In this document: one piece after another, positions 16,136 through 24,185 of the stretch
Layout: each line of letters opens with the position of its first letter
How positions within the stretch are numbered: the first letter of the stretch is position 1
Virus record (IMG/VR): IMGVR_UViG_3300042875_000419
DNA length: 24,185 nt
Direction: 5' to 3' (one strand)
From: a virus
Lineage: Duplodnaviria; Heunggongvirae; Uroviricota; Caudoviricetes
Translations under genes and position numbers: made by a program
The notes under the pieces: model-generated
Seen by the model: only the letters and a program-made list of their open reading frames with translations
Databases searched by the model: none
What the model was told of the DNA's origin: nothing

Positions 16136-16948
16136 TTATTTTAAATCTATTCGAAATGCAAGCCCTGTAATTCCGGACCTAGATTTTCCTCGAATATCAA
16201 ACTTTACTTTATTTTTTATTGAATCCACGTATCGACCATCTATTTCATAAAATCCCTTTGGACTTAATATACTATCCGCTACTGCTCCAGGATATTTTTT
16301 TAATGACAGTTCACCTGTCATAGATTCATATAATAATGCTGTAGTGAAATCTACATCATCATCAATAAACTTTAGTAATGATTCCATTAGCCGTGCCTTA
16401 TTATTTGCTAACCAGTATTCGTAGTTCTTATCTTTAATGATTTTACCTTCTTTAATAAATTCGGAAATTACCTTTGGAGAGGCCTCTTGTTTAATTCTAG
16501 GTAAATTACTTTCTGACAATAATCGGGTAGGCATTGTTCTCAATTCTGTTATAATTGATTCCAACACTTTACTTTTTGTTCGATTAGGAATATGCTTGGC
16601 TGCGGCTTCAAAAAGTTCAGCAGTAGATGCTCCCTGACCTGAGGCCAATTGAACTGGACCGGCCATCTTAATAGAAGTTGTGTGCAATTTATTACCTATC
16701 TTAAAAACAACATCAGTCTTTGGTTCAGGATTAGCTGAGATAGATCCAAGCGGACTTGTTCTGTCATCCGAGTGCCAAGCCTCAACAGTATTTCTTCCTG
16801 CAAAAGTCATAACATGAGATACACATTGGTCAGCCTGCTTTAAGATTTTGTCAGAATAATTTCTACTAAACTTGGTTATTTTGTTATTCCTAATTTGTAT
16901 CTTTTCTACAATACAAAATTCCAAATCTACACCTTCTGATGCGGCCAT
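16136..16948 (-). CDS. PD-(D/E)xK restriction-endonuclease-like protein
   Basis: EGVDLE helix, then PKTDV...TSIKMAGPVQLASG. True start MAASEG at 16948 (GAGGGAG SD; avoids overlap with gp41). Confidence 0.6.
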   Translation of the reverse strand: MAASEGVDLEFCIVEKIQIRNNKITKFSRNYSDKILKQADQCVSHVMTFAGRNTVEAWHSDDRTSPLGSISANPEPKTDVVFKIGNKLHTTSIKMAGPVQLASGQGASTAELFEAAAKHIPNRTKSKVLESIITELRTMPTRLLSESNLPRIKQEASPKVISEFIKEGKIIKDKNYEYWLANNKARLMESLLKFIDDDVDFTTALLYESMTGELSLKKYPGAVADSILSPKGFYEIDGRYVDSIKNKVKFDIRGKSRSGITGLAFRIDLK

Positions 16949-16970
16949 AATACACTCCCTCAAAAGGAAG

Positions 16971-16978
16971 TATTTATA
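16971..16978 (-). promoter_or_regulatory. T4 late promoter, perfect TATAAATA
   Basis: Exact consensus overlapping the helicase stop codon, 23 nt upstream of the ATG at 16948. Confidence 0.8.
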
Positions 16979-18371
16979 CTTTAAATCCTCCGAAATCTTT
17001 CTTCTTGAAGTTGCCATTCTGTTGAGGTTTTGCAACTGGATTGTGTCCAGCATCAGCTAGACCAGATTGTGCATCCTGTTCCACATCATACAGTTTCATC
17101 TTAGACCTGTCAACACCGAGAACGAATCTTTTGAATTTTGATGGATCAGAATATCTATTCTTCAACTGTTTCACCATAATCTGACCGAGTGCTTCAAGTT
17201 CTTCTGAAGAAATGAGAGCAAACATCAAGTCTGCGGTTGCTGGCAAACCAAAACTTTCACTTGTATCTTCGAGTCCGGGGTCGGATGAAGTAAAACCGGA
17301 CCGTGTTGTTTGTGTAGCAGATACAATTGGGACTCCGAATTCAACGGCAAGTCCTCGCAATTCTTCTGCAATGGATTTAACATAAGTGTAGGAGTTGATG
17401 TTTGCACCTGCCTTAATCCTAGATGAACAACAAATATTAAGATAATCAATGAAGATAATATCAGGTACAAAAGATTTTTTAAGGTTAAGTTCATTTAACA
17501 AGGTTCTAAAATGTGTTGCTGAAGCAGATGCTGTTGGATATTCTTTAATAATTAATTTACCTGTGGTCATCTCTTTGACACGCTTAACCTTTTTATCGTA
17601 CAGGTCTTTAGGAAGTTGAATCAAATCATCAATAGAAACGTTCAGTAAGTTTGCATCAATACGTTCTGCAATCTTTTCTTCTGCCATTTCCATTGTGATA
17701 TACAATACGTTCTTACCTTGTGACATAGCACCAGCGGCGACATGACACATAAAAAGAGATTTACCGACACCAGTGCCAGCCAAGGCGATATTAAGGGTTT
17801 TCTTAGGTAGACCACCCTTCGTGATTTTGTTGAAGTAGTCAAGGTCGAACGGAATTCGTTCTTCTGTTCTGTGGTAGAATTCATAACGACCATCGGAATC
17901 TTCCAAATAATCGTGACCAACCGAGTTATCGAAACTTACTGCAAGTGCATCGGATAGAATTTTAGGAATTACACCTTTGTCATTGGTCTTATCTTTACCA
18001 TCAAGTATGGAAATGGAATTTAAGACTGCATTATAAATGGCTTTTTCCTGGCAGAACTTTTCAGTTTTGTCGATGAGCCAACTGTTATCAGTTTTTTGTT
18101 CCGTCTTTGAAGATTGTTCAATTTCTTGTAGATAAGTTTCGCACTTCTCCACTTCTTCATTTGTGAGATTACGCCTCTCTTTGATGGCCAATGTAATCGC
18201 TTCAACTGATGGTGTACTATTGTAAGCATTTGTAAACGATAAGATTTCGTCATAAATTACCTTTTCACTTCTATCTGTGAAATATTCATCTTTGAGGAAG
18301 GGCAAAGCCTTCCGCAAATAGTCTTCATTTTGTATCAGGTTCCTCAGAATAGTCTGTTCCAACTTCATCAA
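16974..18371 (-). CDS. 41: Replicative DNA helicase (T4 gp41-like)
   Basis: LAGTGVGKSL (Walker A), YITMEMAEE, IIKEYPT, IDYLNIC, SATQTTR, SESFGLPATAD and KQLKNRY. Confidence 0.97.
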   Translation of the reverse strand: MMKLEQTILRNLIQNEDYLRKALPFLKDEYFTDRSEKVIYDEILSFTNAYNSTPSVEAITLAIKERRNLTNEEVEKCETYLQEIEQSSKTEQKTDNSWLIDKTEKFCQEKAIYNAVLNSISILDGKDKTNDKGVIPKILSDALAVSFDNSVGHDYLEDSDGRYEFYHRTEERIPFDLDYFNKITKGGLPKKTLNIALAGTGVGKSLFMCHVAAGAMSQGKNVLYITMEMAEEKIAERIDANLLNVSIDDLIQLPKDLYDKKVKRVKEMTTGKLIIKEYPTASASATHFRTLLNELNLKKSFVPDIIFIDYLNICCSSRIKAGANINSYTYVKSIAEELRGLAVEFGVPIVSATQTTRSGFTSSDPGLEDTSESFGLPATADLMFALISSEELEALGQIMVKQLKNRYSDPSKFKRFVLGVDRSKMKLYDVEQDAQSGLADAGHNPVAKPQQNGNFKKKDFGGFKV

Positions 18372-18657
18372 TAATTCCTTTATCTATATTCTGTGACATG
18401 ATACTAACCAAAATATCACCAATGTGATTCTTGAAATTCATGTCAGTTTCAAGTTCTTCTTTTTGTAACGGAGACTCTAATACATTATACATGAATTGAA
18501 GATAGATGGCACCATCTTTCTCCTCCTCAAATTTCACTTTACCATATTGATAAACGGTATCAATGTATTTTCCCGACAGCAGTTTGATGCCGACTGTAGT
18601 TTCTTCCGATTCGGGAATTACATAGTTAAAATCAACACCTTCTTTATACTGGTTCAT
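18325..18657 (-). CDS. gp40-like head vertex assembly chaperone (positional call)
   Basis: Small acidic ORF between uvsX and 41, the position of T4 gene 40; YQYGKVKF motif. Confidence 0.55.
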   Translation of the reverse strand: MNQYKEGVDFNYVIPESEETTVGIKLLSGKYIDTVYQYGKVKFEEEKDGAIYLQFMYNVLESPLQKEELETDMNFKNHIGDILVSIMSQNIDKGIIDEVGTDYSEEPDTK

Positions 18658-19699
18658 CTTCTACCTCAATTTCTTTTTGAATGATTTCTCCTGCCGCAAC
18701 ACGGTATTTGTTCTCAATGAACTGTTGGAAGGATTGTGTTTTTAGAATTGGTGCCCAAAAGTCTTTAGTGTCCGTATCTTTGATACGATACTTCTTTTCT
18801 TCTACTTCGCCGGTGGATACATCCACTTTGCTATACCACCCGTTTGAGGGTTTGATGACATGTCCGGATTCCAGCGCAATATCAAGTAAGCCTGACCAAC
18901 GGCTAATGCCACCGTCAAAAGATACAGACACAGGGATTTTAGATTTTTCTTTAACATATCTACTCTTTTCTACGTTAATAATAAAATTATAACCGACAAC
19001 CTCAGTGCCTTCTTTTTCTTGCTGACGACCAATGATAAAGATGTTATCGGCAGAATAGTAAGAACCTGTGCCACCACCAACAATATCCTTTGGATACAAA
19101 CCAAGTTCTTTGTATGTGTGATTCACAACAACCATCGGAATATCTTTGAGCGACAAGTGTGGAGTTACCATACGGAACAAAGACTTCACTTGTTTTGCAC
19201 GTGACATATCAGCAACAGATTTACCTTCAAGTGCATCGTCAACTTCTTTCTTTGATGCAAGATTACCAATTGAATCAATGATGATAATCAGTTTGTCTGT
19301 TCTCTCAAGATTGGTTAACTGTTGCATGATATCAAACTTCAATTGTTCAATGTCAGTAAGTGGTGTATGGAGAACACGATTGGTGTCAATACCAAAACTA
19401 TCAAAATAACTCTGCGGAGTACCAAATTCAGAATCATAAAAAAGAAGTGCGGCATCGGGGTATTTGTCCAAGTAAGATTTGGCCATCAATAGTGAGAATG
19501 CAGTCTTAAAGTGTTTTGATGGGCCGGCCCACATTGTAAGACCTGGTGTTAAACCACCATCCAATTTACCAGACAACGCAACGTTGACAATCGGTACGGA
19601 TGTGGAAATCATATCTTTGTCTAAAAAGAATTTTGATTTTGCCAGAATGGCTGAGTCTTTGATAGAACTGTTCTTTTTAATTTTGTCCAAAATGCTCAT
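18644..19699 (-). CDS. uvsX: RecA-like recombinase UvsX
   Basis: AGPSKHFKT, FYDSEFG, IDSIGNLASKKE, DMSRAK and VGGGTG. Start MSILDK at 19699 with AAGGAA SD. Confidence 0.97.
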   Translation of the reverse strand: MSILDKIKKNSSIKDSAILAKSKFFLDKDMISTSVPIVNVALSGKLDGGLTPGLTMWAGPSKHFKTAFSLLMAKSYLDKYPDAALLFYDSEFGTPQSYFDSFGIDTNRVLHTPLTDIEQLKFDIMQQLTNLERTDKLIIIIDSIGNLASKKEVDDALEGKSVADMSRAKQVKSLFRMVTPHLSLKDIPMVVVNHTYKELGLYPKDIVGGGTGSYYSADNIFIIGRQQEKEGTEVVGYNFIINVEKSRYVKEKSKIPVSVSFDGGISRWSGLLDIALESGHVIKPSNGWYSKVDVSTGEVEEKKYRIKDTDTKDFWAPILKTQSFQQFIENKYRVAAGEIIQKEIEVEDEPV

Positions 19700-19709
19700 A
19701 ATTTTTCCT

Positions 19710-22238
19710 TTAATCGAATAGTGAGTTTGTTCGTTCCGTTGTCCAGTCCATACAATCAAGAATGACTTTGATTGGCTCTAGAAATGTTTTGTCGAATTGC
19801 ATGTTGTAGTCGATGCAATCTTGAAGACCAAATTCGGGAGGTAATCTTCCTGGAAATGATACTACATTTTCTTTAAATATGTTTGGTGTTTTTAGATAAG
19901 TGAATTTAATCTTCTCACCTTCTTGAATCAACGGATACTTCTTAGATAGGCCTTTTTCTTCAAGGTACTTATTATATAGCAATGCACCTCTCACGTGGAT
20001 TGGTGTACCTTTTGAATATATGGTAGTCTTGTTTCCGTACTCTTTCAGACCATTGATGCCACGTGGAAAAGAAATATCTTCTACATTCAGCTTCTTGAAT
20101 TCAGTTCGGAAAGTATCGATGAATATGTGCATGTCAGCTTCGGTACCCTTCATCATAATCTGAAGTGCTTGTTTCATCTTCTCACGCACGGGTGTGGGAG
20201 TGGAAGACTTAATCATTTCAAGACCCATGACCTTCATGTCTGGTTCGGTATACTGAACACCTTCATTGTTATACACGTGCATGATGTAACGTTTCTTTGC
20301 AGTCCAGATACCTTTATTGGCCAACGCTTCACGTTTCATTTGCATCTTTTGTGCATATGCTTTAACATAATTAGCAAGTTCGTTATAAGAAGCGTCAATG
20401 TATGGCTCAATTTTAGCCTCACAAATTTTATCCATGAAGGATATCGTCCTGTCAATATCGACAGTTCTGTCCCCCATCGCAGATTTAACCAGAGGTCCAA
20501 GGTTGAGATAGATAGAGTCAGTATCCGATGCAATGACATAATCTTTATTCTCCGTTTTCATAATTTTATTTACATACAGATTCAGCTTTGCTTCAATCCA
20601 ACGAATAGAAAACTGGCCAGCAGTGGTGACACCCAAGGCCATACGTAAATCATAAAACCGAAAATATTGGGAACCCAAAGCACCATAAGCACTATTAAGG
20701 GATACTTTTTTTGCCAACTGTAGGTTGTTGTATCTGGCGATACGTTTCTCAATGTCATATTTCTTAGTATCATCTTTTTCAGCCTCATAGTCTTTCTTAG
20801 CTTGAATCATCATCTTTTTGAACTTCTTACGATCCTCATACATATCTTCCATCATTTTAGGTAAGAAGCCTTGTATATCGGTACGGAAGAATTGACCATT
20901 CGGAGTGATTGTTACATTTTCGAGAGCAGACAAGTCAATTTCTTTTTTCAGAAGTTTATCAACGGAAACACCTTGCGAGAGAATGTCACGCATTTCTTGT
21001 GTGTAATTTGCAGGCTCAATGAGAGTTTCAGGTGAGATATTGTATTGCATCATCAAATGCGGATACAATGAGTTCAGGTCAAACGATGCAACCCAATTGT
21101 GAAGACCAACTTGGGGTTCTTTAACATAAGCACCCTCAAACGCTTCACTCTTTTCTTTCACAATACGTGGAGGAACCACAATATTCTGATTCATCAAGTT
21201 GTTGTAAGTCAGAGCATCCCACATACGTGTCTGTGCAAAAACATCATCATAGTTGGTCTTCGTATCATAAGCCAGAGTAAGTGCAAGTTCAATCAACTTG
21301 AGTTTATCTTCTAGTTTTAAAATCAAGTCAACGTCTTTGATGTTGTATTCAATAAAGAGTTGGTAATTCAACCTATAAAGTTGGTGCAGGTTCTCATATT
21401 CTTCATATGAGATTTTACCTTCACCGAGTTCGAATTGTGCGATTGCATCCAAACGGTAAGATTCTTGTGACTTGCCGTTCGGTGAATACCATTTATACAG
21501 TTCAAGATAGTCAAGGTCACCAACACCAACAAGTTCATACACCGTCATTTTACGGTTCATAACAAATGCTTGGCGTTCAGAGATGATGTTCCACGGAGAC
21601 AACTTCTTAGCCTCATCTTCACCGAGAACCTTACGCATACGATTCACAAGATATGGTACGTCAAAGAACTTGGTGTTCCAGCCAGTCAGAGCATCAGGAC
21701 ATTTCTCTTGCCAGAGTTTAAGAAAAAACTTGAGCAAGTGATATTCGTCTTTGCACTTCATGTATCGTTCAGTACCCTTGACCTCATAATCACCACAGCC
21801 GAAAACGAACATATGCCCGCCGATAAAACGGAGGGCAATAGCAGTAACTGGTTCATTGGCCAGATATGGATCAGGGAAGCCGTTCTCTGAACCAACCTCA
21901 ATATCGACAATTGCAATAGAGACTTTATCAAAGTCCCAATCAATCATTTCTTTGTGCTGTTCACCTATGAATGCGTATTCAAAACGATTTTGACCATAGA
22001 TTGTTTTACCGGATACACCTTCGAACTGGCGTAGATAGTCACGTGCATCACGCATCGTTCCAAATTTATGTGGTTGAAGATACACACCATCTAGTGATGT
22101 GTAATTTGTAACTTTGCTCGACTTTTCATAGAGTGTTGGCTGGTATGGAATCTTTAGCTTTGTTCTTTTACCGTCAGTAACGCCACGATAAAGAATGTTG
22201 CTACCAACAGCTTGTACGTTTGTATAGAAAAGAGCCAT
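19710..22238 (-). CDS. 43: Family B DNA polymerase (T4 gp43-like), uninterrupted
   Basis: Exonuclease DIE, GWN..FFD and YNIKD; polymerase SFDLNSLYP, KVSLNSAYG, SDTDS and KKRY. Confidence 0.98.
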   Translation of the reverse strand: MALFYTNVQAVGSNILYRGVTDGKRTKLKIPYQPTLYEKSSKVTNYTSLDGVYLQPHKFGTMRDARDYLRQFEGVSGKTIYGQNRFEYAFIGEQHKEMIDWDFDKVSIAIVDIEVGSENGFPDPYLANEPVTAIALRFIGGHMFVFGCGDYEVKGTERYMKCKDEYHLLKFFLKLWQEKCPDALTGWNTKFFDVPYLVNRMRKVLGEDEAKKLSPWNIISERQAFVMNRKMTVYELVGVGDLDYLELYKWYSPNGKSQESYRLDAIAQFELGEGKISYEEYENLHQLYRLNYQLFIEYNIKDVDLILKLEDKLKLIELALTLAYDTKTNYDDVFAQTRMWDALTYNNLMNQNIVVPPRIVKEKSEAFEGAYVKEPQVGLHNWVASFDLNSLYPHLMMQYNISPETLIEPANYTQEMRDILSQGVSVDKLLKKEIDLSALENVTITPNGQFFRTDIQGFLPKMMEDMYEDRKKFKKMMIQAKKDYEAEKDDTKKYDIEKRIARYNNLQLAKKVSLNSAYGALGSQYFRFYDLRMALGVTTAGQFSIRWIEAKLNLYVNKIMKTENKDYVIASDTDSIYLNLGPLVKSAMGDRTVDIDRTISFMDKICEAKIEPYIDASYNELANYVKAYAQKMQMKREALANKGIWTAKKRYIMHVYNNEGVQYTEPDMKVMGLEMIKSSTPTPVREKMKQALQIMMKGTEADMHIFIDTFRTEFKKLNVEDISFPRGINGLKEYGNKTTIYSKGTPIHVRGALLYNKYLEEKGLSKKYPLIQEGEKIKFTYLKTPNIFKENVVSFPGRLPPEFGLQDCIDYNMQFDKTFLEPIKVILDCMDWTTERTNSLFD

Positions 22239-22552
22239 TAACCGGTGATGATTTGAGTTGGTGGAGTGATGATACCAGAGCCAAACATCTGATTGTAGTT
22301 GTCCGAAATGTCTGATGCTGGTGTGTAATTATACACTACATGTAGCGGTTCTACAAGAATAATTTCACCTTGTTTTTGTTGAGAGAAAGCTGGGAAAGGA
22401 ACAAAACCCATCTGAGGTGAAGCACCGGCAACTTTTGGTGGCACCATACGCAACTGTACTGGATTTTTAAGTTGCAATTGCCCTTGTTGATTTACAGAAA
22501 CATCAGCGATAATTTCCTCACCTGTTACCAATTTAATACCTTGAATATTCAT
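22238..22552 (-). CDS. Small Sm-like domain protein
   Basis: IKLVTGEEIIA...LKNP and Y.QMFGSGIITP, a family common in T4-like phages; GAGGT SD; TAATG coupling to gp43. Confidence 0.7.
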   Translation of the reverse strand: MNIQGIKLVTGEEIIADVSVNQQGQLQLKNPVQLRMVPPKVAGASPQMGFVPFPAFSQQKQGEIILVEPLHVVYNYTPASDISDNYNQMFGSGIITPPTQIITG

Positions 22553-22554
22553 AA

Positions 22555-23142
22555 TTATACCTCTGTGTTGAAAAAGAATGTCTGGAATAAACGTCCATTA
22601 TACACTGAATCACCAAACCCTGGCAACATACTTCTGTGGTAATATTCACCTCGATACATTACCAATCTATTGAAGATGTTGGACACTTGAACGATTGGTT
22701 CCCATTTGTCCATGTTAGTTATTTCTTCCGTATTGTTGTTGTATTCCGTTGATGGTATTGTCGGATCATACATTGAAATCTTAGACTCTTTATTCCGGTA
22801 GATTGCAGTTCCGGCTTCAAGTGGTGCATCAGGTGTTAGGTATAAAACAGCCGCCCAATTCGTAGGATCATGGTGTATCCATGTTTTATCATTAGCAGTT
22901 GTGTACTGGAATGCTGTATTGTATTGTTCTGGCCACCAAGTGATTTTCTTACGTAAAATATCTTCAAACATCGTTTTGGCGTTAGTGTTATGCTCTCCCC
23001 GCATAATATCTGTTCTAATACCTGGATAATTACCGAAAATTGTGAAAGGTAAAGATAGTGCGTAATCTCTGACTCCTTTAGCATTAGAATAGAAGTTATC
23101 AAAAATCATAAGGTTCGGTATCATAAAAGAGTCTTTATTCAT
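22555..23142 (-). CDS. 2OG-Fe(II) oxygenase superfamily protein (DUF6445-like)
   Basis: DNFY, NYPGIRT, WIHHD (HxD), AAVLYL, GT, FNRLVMY, YHRS (distal His) and RLFQTFF. The start may be 23124. Confidence 0.85.
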   Translation of the reverse strand: MNKDSFMIPNLMIFDNFYSNAKGVRDYALSLPFTIFGNYPGIRTDIMRGEHNTNAKTMFEDILRKKITWWPEQYNTAFQYTTANDKTWIHHDPTNWAAVLYLTPDAPLEAGTAIYRNKESKISMYDPTIPSTEYNNNTEEITNMDKWEPIVQVSNIFNRLVMYRGEYYHRSMLPGFGDSVYNGRLFQTFFFNTEV

Positions 23143-23147
23143 AAATA
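23140..23147 (+). promoter_or_regulatory. Probable late promoter (CATAAATA) for the plus-strand genes
   Basis: 7/8 match to TATAAATA, about 60 nt upstream of the ATG at 23209 (GAGGT SD). Confidence 0.55.
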
Positions 23148-23163
23148 TAAGAAGTTATTAGAT

Positions 23164-23192
23164 ATTTTATCATATTTCGTTTAAGAAAACAA
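23164..23192 (-). promoter_or_regulatory. Sigma70-type promoter for the replication block
   Basis: Minus strand TTGTTT-17 nt-TAAAAT with an extended -10 TG (TGATAAAAT). Confidence 0.55.
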
Positions 23193-23208
23193 CAGAATTG
23201 AGGTACAA

Positions 23209-23739
23209 ATGAAAAAATTTGTGTTGATTGTTTTATCATTTATGTATCTTGGCACCGTAAATGCACAGACCATAATCACTGATTCCACTACTAAAAGTAC
23301 GATAGACTCCACAACGACTCTAAAATCTCCACCTTCATCGGCTATTATTCCAGCTATGAACAACTCAAACACTGATTTATGTACAGTTGGTGTAGCAGGA
23401 GCAGTTCAAACACAGATTCTGGGTATTTCAGCAGGATCCACTATACGTGATATGAATTGTGAAAGACTTAAGCTATCCAAAACATTATATGACATGGGTA
23501 TGAAGATTGCGGCTGTATCCACTTTATGTCAAGATAAAAGAGTATTTGATGCTATGATGATGGCAGGTACTCCTTGTCCATATGATGGTCTGATTGGAGC
23601 AGAAGCTAAAGCACTTTGGAAAACAAATGCGGATAAACAACCCGGAACAGAAAATAAATCAGGAGAAATGAGTAATGAAACTAAGACATTGTTTGGTATT
23701 GGTGGCGTCCTTAGTTTATTGCTCCTACTCTTACTCTGA
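23209..23739 (+). CDS. Hypothetical exported/membrane protein with Cys pattern
   Basis: Signal peptide (MKKFVLIVLSFMYLGTVNA-Q), SPPSSA, four Cys (DLC, NCERLKLS, LCQD, GTPCP) and a hydrophobic C-terminal tail. Confidence 0.8.
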   Translation: MKKFVLIVLSFMYLGTVNAQTIITDSTTKSTIDSTTTLKSPPSSAIIPAMNNSNTDLCTVGVAGAVQTQILGISAGSTIRDMNCERLKLSKTLYDMGMKIAAVSTLCQDKRVFDAMMMAGTPCPYDGLIGAEAKALWKTNADKQPGTENKSGEMSNETKTLFGIGGVLSLLLLLLL

Positions 23740-24185
23740 AAAAGTAAACGATATAAGTTCAAATGCGGCTATTAATGCCTTAAATTGGACTATGACGAAT
23801 ATTATACCACAGTACACCGGTTTAACAATCAATGCGGTTTCATATGAATACACTGTTGTAAAAAAACAAAATGACAATATGATAGTGAATGTACAAAACA
23901 AAGACACACGTAGTGATTCATATATTTTCAGAAGCAGGGATGATTGGTCCGGACTGAGAGGAAATAGTATAACAAAGTTAGTTCCGGTTGTCAATATACC
24001 TGGTACATATTGGGGACCAGGCGAGATAAGCGTGGAGGGTAATGGTGAGGTTAAAAATGCATCAGTAAAATATAAATATATGTATGATACTTGTGCAAAT
24101 ACTAAAACTGATCCAAGGTGTCCTGGATATGTACCTCCTGTAGCCAAAGAAGTTATTGATCCAACGGATGATGATTTGATAAAGA
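23675..24185 (+). CDS. Hypothetical exported protein, truncated by the window edge
   Basis: Not in the ORF track. AGGAG SD at 23661, ATG at 23675, open to the end: MKLRHCLVLVASLVYCSYSYSEKVND...DTCANTKTDPRCPGY. Confidence 0.78.
   Translation, partial: MKLRHCLVLVASLVYCSYSYSEKVNDISSNAAINALNWTMTNIIPQYTGLTINAVSYEYTVVKKQNDNMIVNVQNKDTRSDSYIFRSRDDWSGLRGNSITKLVPVVNIPGTYWGPGEISVEGNGEVKNASVKYKYMYDTCANTKTDPRCPGYVPPVAKEVIDPTDDDLIK

Noticed and set aside
10711-16948. Restriction-modification system formed by the nuclease and the methyltransferases
   Set aside because: Both methyltransferases are small-molecule/glycan types (FkbM, Methyltransf_24) without DPPY/NPPY or PC motifs.
20127-20648. 173-aa plus-strand ORF and the other antisense ORFs in the track (e.g. 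1768..2067, 6276..6596, 15305..15673, 18681..18992)
   Set aside because: They are antisense shadows of well-supported minus-strand genes, with no recognisable motifs.
16974-22238. Inteins, introns or a split gp43 in the replication genes
   Set aside because: gp43, UvsX and gp41 are continuous, of normal length, and lack intein or homing-endonuclease motifs.
23731-24147. 138-aa minus-strand ORF (also 23181..23372 and 23529..23762)
   Set aside because: Antisense to the plus-strand signal-peptide genes, which have SD sites and coherent sequence.

Overview
A 24 kb segment of a T4-like (Tevenvirinae-related, large dsDNA myovirus) phage genome infecting a Gram-negative host; almost all genes are on the minus strand. 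In transcription order (right to left) it holds: a replication block (2OG-Fe(II) oxygenase, Sm-like protein, gp43 DNA polymerase, UvsX, gp40-like chaperone, gp41 helicase); a PD-(D/E)xK nuclease-like gene behind a perfect T4 late promoter; a nine-gene glycan synthesis/modification island; a late-promoter cluster of probable capsid-internal proteins; and a lysis cassette (i-spanin, o-spanin, GH19 endolysin). Two divergent signal-peptide genes lie at the right end. The most interesting signal is the 1.1-8.8 kb cluster. Four ORFs start with a motif resembling the T4 capsid-targeting sequence (MKTYQEFIAE): a ligase-motif (KxDG...EGxV...K) protein, a HIGH-nucleotidyltransferase/P-loop fusion and two small basic proteins. 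Two neighbouring ORFs are built from small basic modules separated by repeated EExEx(I/L/V)DE linkers that look like prohead-protease sites. Together these suggest a virion-packaged, protease-released enzyme and peptide cargo. A probable nested +1-frame gene lies inside the nucleotidyltransferase. All calls come from motif recognition by eye; no searches were run.
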